Assembly: GCA_015486995.1 (NCBI GenBank) | Contig: WFQO01000150.1 | Coordinates: 1 to 59,449, forward strand | Source: Nitratifractor sp. | GTDB taxonomy: Bacteria > Campylobacterota > Campylobacteria > Campylobacterales > Sulfurovaceae | Direction: 5' to 3' | Length of the DNA stretch: 59,449 bases | In this document: in pieces, positions 28,694 through 38,041 of the stretch | How positions within the stretch are numbered: position 1 is the stretch's first letter | How the letters are laid out: every line of letters begins with the position of its first letter | Translations under genes and position numbers: made by a program | The notes under the pieces: generated by a model | The model's database searches: none | Seen by the model: the letters and a program-made list of their open reading frames with translations, nothing else | Told to the model about the DNA's origin: nothing

Positions 28694-28983
28694 TTGGATA
28701 ACCTTTCTTGGTGCCGTTTTGGATCACGACGGGTATCGAGCACTGCATAGATTTCAATCGTATGATCGTTGATCCTGTAATAGATTGCAAAAGGAAAGCG
28801 TTTGGAGAGAAGACGATGAAAACCGAAAAATTTCTGATGAATCCCCGCATAGATCAACAGCGATTCGATATCGGAAAGAAGCGAATCGAAAAAGTAGCTT
28901 CCCAGGCCCGCTTTCTGGGCTTCATAGAAACGAATCGCTTGACGGAGATCTTCTTCGGCCTCCTCACGAATTTTAATCGTCAT
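28690..28983 (-). CDS. RelE/ParE-family type II toxin
   Basis: AEEDL..AI.FYE....GLG..F, RFPFAIYY, AVLD.RRDP. Confidence 0.9.
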   Translation of the reverse strand: MTIKIREEAEEDLRQAIRFYEAQKAGLGSYFFDSLLSDIESLLIYAGIHQKFFGFHRLLSKRFPFAIYYRINDHTIEIYAVLDTRRDPKRHQERLSK

Positions 28984-29182
28984 AAAATTCGCTACGTAGG
29001 TGCTCTTTTACTTCATCAAGGGAATAGAGTTTCTCATTTTTGGAAGCCCGCTCTTCCAGAATCTCCCGATGCCAATCCGGAACCTCCAATATTTCGGGAG
29101 TACGTTCCAGACTCTCCCACAAAACTTCCATCATTCGTAGCCGTTCATCCACAGACAGTTTTTCAAGTTCTTCTACAGACAT
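28973..29182 (-). CDS. Addiction-module antitoxin
   Basis: LSVDERLRMMEVLWESL...PDWHREILEER; overlaps the toxin start. Confidence 0.88.
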   Translation of the reverse strand: MSVEELEKLSVDERLRMMEVLWESLERTPEILEVPDWHREILEERASKNEKLYSLDEVKEHLRSEFYDD

Positions 29183-29199
29183 ATCTCACCTCTCTTGCT

Positions 29200-29214
29200 A
29201 TTATAGTATATACC
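29200..29214 (-). promoter_or_regulatory. Putative -10 box of the TA module
   Basis: Minus strand ggtatatacTATAAT just upstream of RBS GAGGTG and the antitoxin ATG. Confidence 0.55.
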
Positions 29215-29250
29215 AATTCAATCAAAGAGGCACTGGAAGAAACTTCATAC

Positions 29251-29285
29251 CACTCTTCACTCTTAATTCCTAACTCTTCACTCTT
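29251..29285. repeat. Heptamer tandem array overlapping the glyQ stop
   Basis: cactctt cactctt aattcct aactctt cactctt. Confidence 0.85.
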
Positions 29286-30163
29286 TTGAGCCGCTCCGGC
29301 TCCTGAGCTTTGTAGAGTTCGGCGCACCCTTTGGCCAGATCCCGGATCTTGAGGATGTAGTTCTGTCGCTGGGCCTGGCTGATGGCCTTGCGGGCATCGA
29401 GGACATTAAAGGTATGCGAAGCGATCATACACTGATCGTAGGCCGGCAGGGGCAGCCCCGCCTCCAGGCAACGGCGGCACTCGGCGCTGGCGTCGTCGAA
29501 GTGGCGAAAGAGCATCTCGGTATCGGCCACTTCGAAGTGGTATTTGGAGAACTCGTATTCGCTCTCTTTGTGGACGTCGGCGTAGGTGACGACCTGATCG
29601 CCGTTACGGTTCCAAACGATATCGAAGACCGACTCGACGCCCTGCAGATACATCGCCAGCCGCTCGGTACCGTAGGTGATCTCCACCGCCACCGGATCGC
29701 AGGGCAGTCCTCCGACCTGCTGAAAGTAGGTAAACTGGGTCACCTCCATCCCATCCAGCCAGACCTCCCAACCCAGTCCCCAGGCCCCTAGAGTCGGCGA
29801 CTCCCAGTTGTCTTCGACAAAACGGATGTCGTGGTCCTGGAGTTTGAGCCCCAAATACTCGAGAGACTTGAGGTAGAGATCCTGGATATTGTCGGGAGAG
29901 GGTTTGATGAGGACCTGAAACTGATAGTAGGCTCCCAGGCGGTTGGGGTTCTCCCCGTAGCGCCCGTCGGTAGGACGGCGGCTGGGAGCGACATAGGCGG
30001 TGGCCCAGGGGGTGGAGTCCAGCGAGCGCAGCAGGGTCGCGGGGTGGAAGGTCCCCGCCCCGGCGGGCAGGTCGTAGGGCTGGACGATGGTGCAGCCCTG
30101 AGCCGCCCAATACTGCTGGAGTTTGAGGAGAAGGTCGGAGAAGGTGAGGGAGGTGTCGTTCAT
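29270..30163 (-). CDS. glyQ: Glycine--tRNA ligase alpha subunit
   Basis: [49 protein letters not shown]. Confidence 0.98.
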   Translation of the reverse strand: MNDTSLTFSDLLLKLQQYWAAQGCTIVQPYDLPAGAGTFHPATLLRSLDSTPWATAYVAPSRRPTDGRYGENPNRLGAYYQFQVLIKPSPDNIQDLYLKSLEYLGLKLQDHDIRFVEDNWESPTLGAWGLGWEVWLDGMEVTQFTYFQQVGGLPCDPVAVEITYGTERLAMYLQGVESVFDIVWNRNGDQVVTYADVHKESEYEFSKYHFEVADTEMLFRHFDDASAECRRCLEAGLPLPAYDQCMIASHTFNVLDARKAISQAQRQNYILKIRDLAKGCAELYKAQEPERLKRVKS

Positions 30164-30164
30164 A

Positions 30165-30419
30165 TCAGGCGATTCCTAAAAGTTTGTCGATTTTTTTCTG
30201 GTCGAATCCGCAGATCCACTGACTGCCGATAAGCACCACCGGCACCCCGCGACAGCCGTGGCGTTCGCAATCCTTGGCCGCCTTGCGGTCCTTGGTGATG
30301 TCGATCTCTTTGAAGCGGATCTTGTTCTGTCGAAAATGGTTCTTCGCCCGCGTGCACCAGATGCAGCTGGGCGAAGTGAAAAGTACAACGGTTTTGGTCG
30401 GTTTTTTCTTCTCTTCCAC
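30165..30419 (-). CDS. Glutaredoxin/NrdH-like redoxin
   Basis: CIWC, GVPV, GFD motifs. Confidence 0.88.
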   Translation of the reverse strand: MEEKKKPTKTVVLFTSPSCIWCTRAKNHFRQNKIRFKEIDITKDRKAAKDCERHGCRGVPVVLIGSQWICGFDQKKIDKLLGIA

Positions 30420-30465
30420 GGTTGTATCCTCCTTTCAGTCGGATAAATTTTGAAAGAGATCGAGG

Positions 30466-30960
30466 TCACAAAATGACTTCGATCTCCCTGCTGTCGAGTT
30501 CCACTTTCTTCGCTTTGCTCACCCGGTCTTCCTGGAGCTTCACCCGCAGTTCGTCGTCGCTCAGCGCCAGGATCTGGATCGCCATGTAGGCGGCGTTGAC
30601 GGCGCCGGCTTTGCCGATGGCGACGGTGCCTACGGGCATCCCGGCGGGCATCATCACGGTACTGAGCAGCGCATCTTCCCCCCGGAGCTCTCCGCTGGCC
30701 ATCGGCACCCCGATCACCGGTTTGGTGGTGGCGGCGGCGACGGCACCGGCGAGGTGGGCGGCCATCCCGGCGGCGGCGATGAAGCATTGTGCTCCTTTTT
30801 TCTCGGCTTCGGCAATGTATTTTTTGGTCCGTTCCGGGCTGCGATGGGCCGAGGAGATGATCAGTTCGTAGGGAACGCCGAACTTTTTAAAAGTTTCGGC
30901 GCACTCTTTCATCACTTCGTAGTCGCTCTTGCTTCCGATGATGATCGAAATAAATTTCAT
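30466..30960 (-). CDS. purE: N5-CAIR mutase
   Basis: GSKSD, SAHRSP, AGMAAHL, PVIGVP, MPAGMPV. Confidence 0.97.
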   Translation of the reverse strand: MKFISIIIGSKSDYEVMKECAETFKKFGVPYELIISSAHRSPERTKKYIAEAEKKGAQCFIAAAGMAAHLAGAVAAATTKPVIGVPMASGELRGEDALLSTVMMPAGMPVGTVAIGKAGAVNAAYMAIQILALSDDELRVKLQEDRVSKAKKVELDSREIEVIL

Positions 30961-32303
30961 TCAGTATCCTTGCTTTTTTCTTCCCGCCGCTGGATCGCCT
31001 GCCGTTCGGGGCTGAGGCCTTTTTTGGCACGGGCTTCCCGTATGTCGCGGCGTAGGATCGTGTAGCCCGGGAATTTCGTCGGCAGAATTATATCATTTAG
31101 ATCCCCGCTATGGATGCAGTCGAATTCCTTGCCGCTGCTGGCGACAATTTTTTTGAGTGTGAGCCACCATTTGCCCTCGTCTCCCAGCTCCACTTTACCG
31201 TATTCGTTGTCGATCTCCTCCAGCGTCGCTCCAATGGGCAGGACGATCTCCAGGCGGTCGCCGACGCAGGTTTTGTCCTTGCAGCGCCAGGTGGCCCCCT
31301 CTTCACCCACCAGAGCCGCCACCTGATGAGTCCCCTCCTGAATCGTAAAGCCCTGGGACTGGGTATCGGTGCGCTCGAAGGGGCGGCTGATGAGATAGGC
31401 ATCGGTAAAGCCCCGATTCTGGGTGGTGTGCAGCTCCTTCTGGTACCGCTGCGCCTCAAAAACCCCTCCATACCAGTCGTCGATCGCCTGCCGGTAGGCC
31501 CGGGTCACCGTCGCTACGTAGTAGGGGGATTTGGTCCGTCCTTCGATCTTGAGGGAGTCGATGACCCCGCTGGAGAGGATCTCATCGACGTGACTGGCCA
31601 GGTTCATATCTTTGGCGTTCATGATGTAGGTACCGATCTCCGTCTCCTCCTCCAGTTTGAAGGTGGTGCCGCTCTCGGGGTTGTGAGCGTAGATCTCGTA
31701 CGGAAAGCGGCAGTCGTTGGCGCAGCTGCCCCGGTTGGGAACCCGCCCGGTCTGCAGGGCGCTGATGAGGCAGCGGCCGCTGTAGGCGAAGCACATCGAG
31801 CCGTGAATGAAGATCTCCAGCTCCAGATCCGGCAGCTCCTTTTTGATCGCTTCACAGTCTTTGAGGCTGATCTCCCGCGCCGCGATGATCCGCCGCACCC
31901 CCATATCGTAGTAGACCGCCGCATCCATGGCGTTCATTACATTCGCCTGGGTCGAAAGGTGGATGGGGATCTCGGGTGCGATCTTTCTCGCCATGCGGAT
32001 CACCCCGGGACTGGAGACGATGAAGGCGTCGGGAGAGAGCTCCCGCATCTTGGCGATGTGGTTCTCGTAGAGTTTGAGCTGGGAGTTGAAGGGGAAGCCG
32101 TTGATCGTCACATAGACCTTTTTGCCCCGTTCGTGGGCGTAGTCGATCCCGGCCTTGAAGGAGTCCAGATCGAACTCCTTGCCGCTGCGTATCCGCAGGC
32201 TGAAGGTGCTGGTGCCGCCGTAGACGGCATCGGCACCATAGTTGATGGCGATTTTGAGTTTTTCAAGATTGCCGGCGGGGGCTAACAGTTCGACTTTTTT
32301 CAT
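30957..32303 (-). CDS. U32 peptidase-family protein (TrhP/YegQ-like tRNA hydroxylation)
   Basis: ELLAPAG, HLSTQAN, HGSMCFAYSGRC, NRGSC...CR, SLKIEGR; ATG at 32303. Confidence 0.92.
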   Translation of the reverse strand: MKKVELLAPAGNLEKLKIAINYGADAVYGGTSTFSLRIRSGKEFDLDSFKAGIDYAHERGKKVYVTINGFPFNSQLKLYENHIAKMRELSPDAFIVSSPGVIRMARKIAPEIPIHLSTQANVMNAMDAAVYYDMGVRRIIAAREISLKDCEAIKKELPDLELEIFIHGSMCFAYSGRCLISALQTGRVPNRGSCANDCRFPYEIYAHNPESGTTFKLEEETEIGTYIMNAKDMNLASHVDEILSSGVIDSLKIEGRTKSPYYVATVTRAYRQAIDDWYGGVFEAQRYQKELHTTQNRGFTDAYLISRPFERTDTQSQGFTIQEGTHQVAALVGEEGATWRCKDKTCVGDRLEIVLPIGATLEEIDNEYGKVELGDEGKWWLTLKKIVASSGKEFDCIHSGDLNDIILPTKFPGYTILRRDIREARAKKGLSPERQAIQRREEKSKDTE

Positions 32304-32366
32304 TGGGCTCTTTTTGAATGGAATATTCAGTGCTGCTGAAGAAATTTCCATATTTTACTACAATAC

Positions 32367-33281
32367 ATGAAAAAGGCGAAAAGAATGCGAAGATTTCTCC
32401 TCTCGCTCCTCCTGCTTGGAATAGGAATGGCTCCGGCAGGAACAGTCCGAGACTACCGACCGATCGGAAACGATCGGTGTCTTCGAAGTGAAAACGGGGA
32501 GTGGGCCATGCTGCGCCGCTTCGATATGGGAGGAAAAACCCACACCCTCACCGTCAATACCCGCACCTTGCAGACAAAAATCCTCCCACTTCCCAAGCGA
32601 ACAATGTCCTGCCGCCCCGACTCCCGCTACCGCCGCCTTCTGCGCTTGGCCGGCTCACCCCCCTACCCGCTGCAAAACGACGGGATCACCCACGGCAAAC
32701 GGGGGCTCTATCTGACGACCGATCTCTGCCCCTCCTCCAAAAAGGGCTTCGAAAAGCGCCTCTACCAAGCGATCATCCGCCGCTTTCCTCATCCGGTCCC
32801 CGTCACGCTCTTCCTCACCAAACGGTGGATCGACCGACATCCCACGGCTTTCGAAACACTCCGGCAGTGGAACAGAAACGGCTCCTTGGCCGTCACCTGG
32901 GGCAACCATACCGCCTGGCACCACTACCACCCCGGCAAAGCACTTGCCGAAAACTTTGTCCTCTCCCCCGAAGAGAACCTCACCGACGACATCCTGACAC
33001 CGGAAAAAACCCTGCTGGAGCGGGGAGTCACCCCCTCGATCTTCTTCCGCTTCCCCGGCCTCGTCTCCGACGAAAAAGCGGTCCATACCGTCACCGGCCT
33101 CGGCCTGATCCCCATCGGCACCGACGCCTGGCTCGCCAAAGGGCAGATGCCCAAAGAGGGGTCCGTCATCCTGGTCCACGGCAATGGAAACGAACCTAAA
33201 GGGGTGACGATCTTTTTGAGACTTTTAAAGGAGAGAAAAATTCCAGGACTTCGGCCGATTTCCGGAATCTCTGCTAAATGA
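32367..33281 (+). CDS. Exported polysaccharide deacetylase-like protein
   Basis: Signal peptide; LTTDLCP, NHT..H, FFRFPGL, ILVHGNGNE resemble a divergent NodB fold. Confidence 0.65.
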   Translation: MKKAKRMRRFLLSLLLLGIGMAPAGTVRDYRPIGNDRCLRSENGEWAMLRRFDMGGKTHTLTVNTRTLQTKILPLPKRTMSCRPDSRYRRLLRLAGSPPYPLQNDGITHGKRGLYLTTDLCPSSKKGFEKRLYQAIIRRFPHPVPVTLFLTKRWIDRHPTAFETLRQWNRNGSLAVTWGNHTAWHHYHPGKALAENFVLSPEENLTDDILTPEKTLLERGVTPSIFFRFPGLVSDEKAVHTVTGLGLIPIGTDAWLAKGQMPKEGSVILVHGNGNEPKGVTIFLRLLKERKIPGLRPISGISAK

Positions 33282-34248
33282 GGATATTCTTCTCCGCAAG
33301 TTTTCCACGCAATCCGGCCATCATCCGGTTTTTGCTCCATCCGCACCATTGCGGAGCCAGAAGCGTGTCGTCGTCGATGCCGGCGGTGAGGCGCTGGACC
33401 GTGATCGGCTCCGGCTTGAGCTCCAAAGCGTCGGCGAGGACATCGGCGTACTCTTCGAAAGGGATGGGGGTGAATTCCCCCCGACGGTATTCGTTGGCCA
33501 ACAGCGTGTTTTTGACGACATAGAGGGGATGGTATTTGATCGAATCGATCCCCCAGTCGTAGGCGGCTCGGGCGGAGTCGAGCATCATTGCTTTGCTTTC
33601 TCCCGGCAGCCCGAAGATCAGATGCCCGCAGACATTGAGCCCCCGCGCTTTGGCCTCTTTGATCGCGCGCTCGACGTTCAGAGCGTCGTGACCCCGATTG
33701 ATCCGCTCCAACGTCTCATCGTAGATCGACTGGATGCCGTACTCGATCCAAATCTCATATCTTTGGGAGAGTTCGGCGAGATAGTCGAGGGTTTCGGGAG
33801 TGACACTGTCACTGCGGGTCCCAATACTGAGTCCTACGACTCCCGGATAGCTCAGCGCCTCTTCGTAGAGGGTTTTGAGGGTCTCGAAAGGGGCGTAGGT
33901 GTTAGTGAAAGACTGAAAATAGACCAAGTAGCGACGCACCCCTTCACGTTCCCGAAAGAGCCGGCTCGTCGTCATAAATTGGGTCCGAAGTTCGTGTAAC
34001 TGCTTTGGTAGGAGAGGATTTTCTTTACTTTGGAGATTCAGAAAAACTTTCTCGGCGTTTTTGGCGAGATTGGGACTGAAGGATTCGTTGAGACAAAAGG
34101 TGCAGCCGCCCCGGGCGACGGTGCCGTCGATGTTGGGACAGGTGAACCCGCTGAGGCCTATCGGGACTTTGCGGACTCTCTCTCCGAATTTCCGCCGAAG
34201 ATAACGGCCGAAAGTGTTCAGAGGTTTCGCGGCTTCGCGCTGACTCAA
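33274..34248 (-). CDS. Radical SAM protein, YhcC-like
   Basis: FTCPNIDG....GCTFC, YFQSFTNTY, IGTR.D, INRGH, HLIFGLP; TTGA overlap with the purF stop. Confidence 0.92.
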   Translation of the reverse strand: MSQREAAKPLNTFGRYLRRKFGERVRKVPIGLSGFTCPNIDGTVARGGCTFCLNESFSPNLAKNAEKVFLNLQSKENPLLPKQLHELRTQFMTTSRLFREREGVRRYLVYFQSFTNTYAPFETLKTLYEEALSYPGVVGLSIGTRSDSVTPETLDYLAELSQRYEIWIEYGIQSIYDETLERINRGHDALNVERAIKEAKARGLNVCGHLIFGLPGESKAMMLDSARAAYDWGIDSIKYHPLYVVKNTLLANEYRRGEFTPIPFEEYADVLADALELKPEPITVQRLTAGIDDDTLLAPQWCGWSKNRMMAGLRGKLAEKNILI

Positions 34249-35615
34249 GAGCGCCCCCGGCAATCGGCGGATTCGGCACAGCCCCCCGCGAAATACTGCC
34301 CGTCGAAGCTGACCAGAGAGTAGCTGCGATCCCGGCCCAGTGCATCGACCAGCCCCTCGACGGAGAGAAAGCCCAGGCTGTCGGCTCCGATGTACTCGGC
34401 GATCTCGTCGGGGGTGTAGCGGGTCGAGATCAATTCCGCCTGCGTGGGGGTATCGATGCCGTAACGACAGGGGAATTTGATCTCGGGGGCGGCGATGCGC
34501 ATATGCACCTCTTTGGCCCCCGCCTCCCGCAGCATCCGCACAATCTGCCGCGACGTGGTCCCCCGCACGAGAGAGTCGTCGACAATGGCGATGCGTTTGC
34601 CCTCGATCAGGTAGCGGATGGGAGAGAGTTTGAGCTTAACCTTCAGGTCCCGGATCTGCTGGGTGGGTTCGATGAAGGTCCGCCCGACGTAGTGATTGCG
34701 GACGATGCCCATCTCGAAGGGAATCCCCAGCCCCGCAGCAAAGCCCATCGCTGCGGCGACGCCGCTGTCGGGTACGGGCAGGACCAGATCAACATCGGCC
34801 GGCTGTTCTTCGGCCAATCTGCGGCCCATCCGTACCCGTCTTTCGTAGACATTTTTACCGTCGATGATGGAATCGGGACGGGCGAAGTAGATGTACTCGA
34901 AGGCGCAGGGACGGTAGTCGGGCTCGAAGATCTGTTCGCTGAGGGGCTCTTTGCCCTCTTCGAAAATCAGCATTTCGCCGGGACGGACATCCCGGACAAA
35001 CTCCGCATCGACCAGATCCAGGGCACAGGTTTCGCTGGCGACGACCCAGCCGCCGTCGGGGAGGCGGCCCATACTCAGGGGGCGAATGCCGAAGCGGTCA
35101 CGGATCACGAACATTTTGGAGCGACTCTGGATGATCAGGCAGTAGGCCCCCTCGATCTTGCCCAGCATATCCTTGATCCGATCGACCAGATGTTCCTCCT
35201 GGCTCTTGGCGATCAGATGCACGATGTTTTCGGTGTCCATATCGGTCTGGAAGATCGCTCCGCGCTTGATGAGCCGCCGGCGCACCTCCTCTTTGTTGAC
35301 GAGGTTTCCGTTGTGCGCGACGGAGATCTCTCCCAACAGATAACGGGCAAAGACCGGCTGGGCATCCAGGACCGAATCCTTTCCCGCGGTGGAGTAGCGG
35401 TTGTGCCCGATGGCGCAGGAGCCGGAGAGGAGCTCGAAGCTCGATTCATCGAAAACTTCGGTGACGAGCCCCCGGTCTTTGATCAGGCGGATCTGCTCTC
35501 CGTCGGCGGCGCTGATTCCCGAAGATTCCTGCCCGCGATGCTGCATGGCAAAGAGGGCGTAGTAGGCGATTTTCGCGGCATTTTCACTGCCGAAGACTCC
35601 GACGACGGCACACAT
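34245..35615 (-). CDS. purF: Amidophosphoribosyltransferase
   Basis: N-terminal Cys, QHRGQE, GHNRYST, HNGN, YFARPDS, VDDSLVRGTT. Confidence 0.98.
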   Translation of the reverse strand: MCAVVGVFGSENAAKIAYYALFAMQHRGQESSGISAADGEQIRLIKDRGLVTEVFDESSFELLSGSCAIGHNRYSTAGKDSVLDAQPVFARYLLGEISVAHNGNLVNKEEVRRRLIKRGAIFQTDMDTENIVHLIAKSQEEHLVDRIKDMLGKIEGAYCLIIQSRSKMFVIRDRFGIRPLSMGRLPDGGWVVASETCALDLVDAEFVRDVRPGEMLIFEEGKEPLSEQIFEPDYRPCAFEYIYFARPDSIIDGKNVYERRVRMGRRLAEEQPADVDLVLPVPDSGVAAAMGFAAGLGIPFEMGIVRNHYVGRTFIEPTQQIRDLKVKLKLSPIRYLIEGKRIAIVDDSLVRGTTSRQIVRMLREAGAKEVHMRIAAPEIKFPCRYGIDTPTQAELISTRYTPDEIAEYIGADSLGFLSVEGLVDALGRDRSYSLVSFDGQYFAGGCAESADCRGRS

Positions 35616-35735
35616 CAGAGGGCTCCTTTATATCTGAATACGGAAGAGGACGAAAAAAGGCGGGGAGGCGTTTTGGCTCCCTTGACCCCTTTTCCCAAAA
35701 ATTTCGTCGTTTGTTGCGTGTTTTTTATCAAGGGG

Positions 35736-36506
35736 TCAAAGTCCGAGGCAGTCGTTGATGGTGTAGAAGCCCGGCTTCTGCCCGACAAGCCATTTGGCGG
35801 CACGCAACGCCCCTTTGGAGAAGGTTTCCCGACTGGTAGCGGTATGGTTGAGCTCGAGATACTCCCCGTCGTTGTAGAAGCCGACCGTATGCCGGCCGAC
35901 AATGTCGCCGCCGCGCAACGCCATCACGGCGATCTCATCCTTGCTGCGGGGGCCGATCTGCCCGTCACGGCCGCTGACGCGGACTTTCTCCAGGTCGAGG
36001 CCCCTCCCCTTGGCGGCAAACTCGCCCAGGGTCAACGCCGTCCCGCTGGGGGCGTCGACCTTGTGGCGGTGATGCATCTCGACGATCTCGATGTCGAAAT
36101 CCTTCAGTGTGCGGGAAACCTGCTCCACCAACTGCTTGAGCAACGCGATTCCCGCCGACATATTGGACGAGTAAAGGACCGGCATCTCTTTGGAGGCCTC
36201 GACGATAAGATTCTGCTGATGCTCCGTCAAGCCTGTCGTGGCGATGACGAGGGCGCGGGGAGTCTCCATCGCCGACTCACAGAGCTCCTGCGTCGCTCCC
36301 GGCGCGGAAAAGTCCACCACGACATCGACAGCCTTGAGCAGTTCGGCGATGCTGTTGGTCGCCAGAACCCCTTCGGGCAGAGGCTCTTTGAGTTCGTCGT
36401 AGACATGGACGGCGGTCAGTTCCAACTCGGGATCGTCGACGGTATTGCGGATCAGATGGGCACCCATCCGCCCCGTCGCTCCGAGGATTCCTACTTTTGT
36501 CGCCAT
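35736..36506 (-). CDS. dapB: 4-hydroxy-tetrahydrodipicolinate reductase
   Basis: GATGRMG, DFS, EMHHRHKVDAPSGTA, RGGDIVG.H; ATG at 36506. Confidence 0.97.
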   Translation of the reverse strand: MATKVGILGATGRMGAHLIRNTVDDPELELTAVHVYDELKEPLPEGVLATNSIAELLKAVDVVVDFSAPGATQELCESAMETPRALVIATTGLTEHQQNLIVEASKEMPVLYSSNMSAGIALLKQLVEQVSRTLKDFDIEIVEMHHRHKVDAPSGTALTLGEFAAKGRGLDLEKVRVSGRDGQIGPRSKDEIAVMALRGGDIVGRHTVGFYNDGEYLELNHTATSRETFSKGALRAAKWLVGQKPGFYTINDCLGL

Positions 36507-37456
36507 TACGCCTCCTGTTCTTGGACGTAGTGCAGGGCCTGCATACCCGCCACGGCTCCGTCGGCAGCGGCGCAAACGACCTGCTTGGCCGCCTCGATCC
36601 TCAGATCACCGGCCGCGTAGAGGCCGGGAACGGACGTATGCATATTGAGGTCCACGATCACCTGCCCCTGTTCGTTCACTTCGCAGAGGAAGCTGCCGTC
36701 TTCTTGCTGCAGCACCTTGTTGTTGACATTGTTGCCGACAAAGACAAAAAGGCCCGGAACGTTCAGCGTCATCGGCTCCCGGCCGTCACTAAAGGCGATG
36801 CGCACCCCCTGCAGCCCCGTCGCATCACCGAAAGCCTCCTCGACGGAGGCGTTGAGGATGAATTCGATCTTGTCGTTCTTCCGAGCCCGCTCCACCGTAG
36901 GGGGAGCCGCCCGGAAAGTTTCGCGCCGATGGATCACATAAACTTTGGAGCAGATGTTAGCAAGGTAGAGCGCCTCTTCCAAGGCGGTATCCCCGCCGCC
37001 CAGGACGGCGACCTCTTTGTCTTTGTAGAAAAAACCGTCGCAGGTGGCGCAGGTGCTGATCCCGCGACCGAAAAACTCCTCTTCGCCTTTGAAGCCCGCC
37101 CGTTTGGGAGTGCTGCCGGTACAGACGACGATGCTTTTGGCTTCGACCTCCTCGTCACCGGCCAATTCGACCACAAAGTGATCGCCGGCTTTTCGGATAC
37201 GACGGACCTCTTTCATCTCGTGTTTGAGGCCGAAATGCATGCATTGCGCCGGCCAGGGTTCCATCAGATCCATTCCCGTCAACGGGGGATCTTCACGAAA
37301 GACACCCGGGTAGTTCTCGATCTCGCTGCTCTGGGTGATTTGCCCGCCGGGCATCCCCATCTCGTACATCACGACCTCTTTGAGGCCTCCTCGAGTCGCG
37401 TAAAGTCCGGCGGTCAATCCCGCCGGTCCCCCTCCGACAATCGCACAATCGAGCAT
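36506..37456 (-). CDS. trxB: Thioredoxin reductase
   Basis: GGGPAG, IENYPG, CATCDG, GGGDTA, HRR, AAGD. Confidence 0.97.
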   Translation of the reverse strand: MLDCAIVGGGPAGLTAGLYATRGGLKEVVMYEMGMPGGQITQSSEIENYPGVFREDPPLTGMDLMEPWPAQCMHFGLKHEMKEVRRIRKAGDHFVVELAGDEEVEAKSIVVCTGSTPKRAGFKGEEEFFGRGISTCATCDGFFYKDKEVAVLGGGDTALEEALYLANICSKVYVIHRRETFRAAPPTVERARKNDKIEFILNASVEEAFGDATGLQGVRIAFSDGREPMTLNVPGLFVFVGNNVNNKVLQQEDGSFLCEVNEQGQVIVDLNMHTSVPGLYAAGDLRIEAAKQVVCAAADGAVAGMQALHYVQEQEA

Positions 37457-37477
37457 ACTCTCTCCTTTCCACTGAGA

Positions 37478-37524
37478 TGAAAGATTTCCCCAGAACGCAC
37501 TTCACTTCCTGGGAAAATCTTTCA
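37478..37524. other. Stem-loop between trxA and trxB
   Basis: tgaaagatttccccag / ctgggaaaatctttca (15/16) with a 15-nt loop. Confidence 0.65.
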
Positions 37525-37562
37525 AAAGCCGGAAGGAATCGCTTCCCTCCGTTTCCACGTGT

Positions 37563-37883
37563 TTAAGCCAACAGGGCGTCGAGCTTCTGGGCGAAGACGT
37601 CTTTGCCGGCGGCACCGACCATCTGGTCGACCAGCTCACCGTTTTTGAAGAAGAGGATCGTAGGGATGGAGCGGATACCGTATTTGACGGCGATCTCCTG
37701 CTCTTCGTCGGTGTTGACTTTGCAGATTTTTGCTTTGCCGTCGTATTCCTCTGCCAACTCTTCGATGACGGGAGCGATCATCCGGCAGGGCCCGCACCAG
37801 GGAGCCCAAAAGTCGACGAGAGCGACGCCCTCTTTGATGGTTTCGTCGAAATTCGACTTGTTCAGTTCAATGTATTTTGCCAT
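37563..37883 (-). CDS. trxA: Thioredoxin
   Basis: DFWAPWCGPC, IRSIPT; ATG at 37883; TATAAT box near 37919-37924 on the minus strand. Confidence 0.98.
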   Translation of the reverse strand: MAKYIELNKSNFDETIKEGVALVDFWAPWCGPCRMIAPVIEELAEEYDGKAKICKVNTDEEQEIAVKYGIRSIPTILFFKNGELVDQMVGAAGKDVFAQKLDALLA

Positions 37884-38041
37884 TGAGAATCCTTTTCGTA
37901 TGATTTTAGGTTCGTGATTATACACAAAAAGATAAAGGCTTTATTAACCATTTTGGTTTATTCTTCTTCGGAATATTCATGGGATTGTTGATACAATACA
38001 AGAGGGTAAAGGAAAATAATCAGGAATGAACAGTTCGTATC

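Noticed and set aside
11534-30163. glyS separated from glyQ, and atpB apart from other atp genes
   Set aside because: Normal arrangement in Campylobacterota
34503-36530. 675-aa plus-strand ORF
   Set aside because: Antisense shadow of purF and dapB caused by GC-rich codon bias
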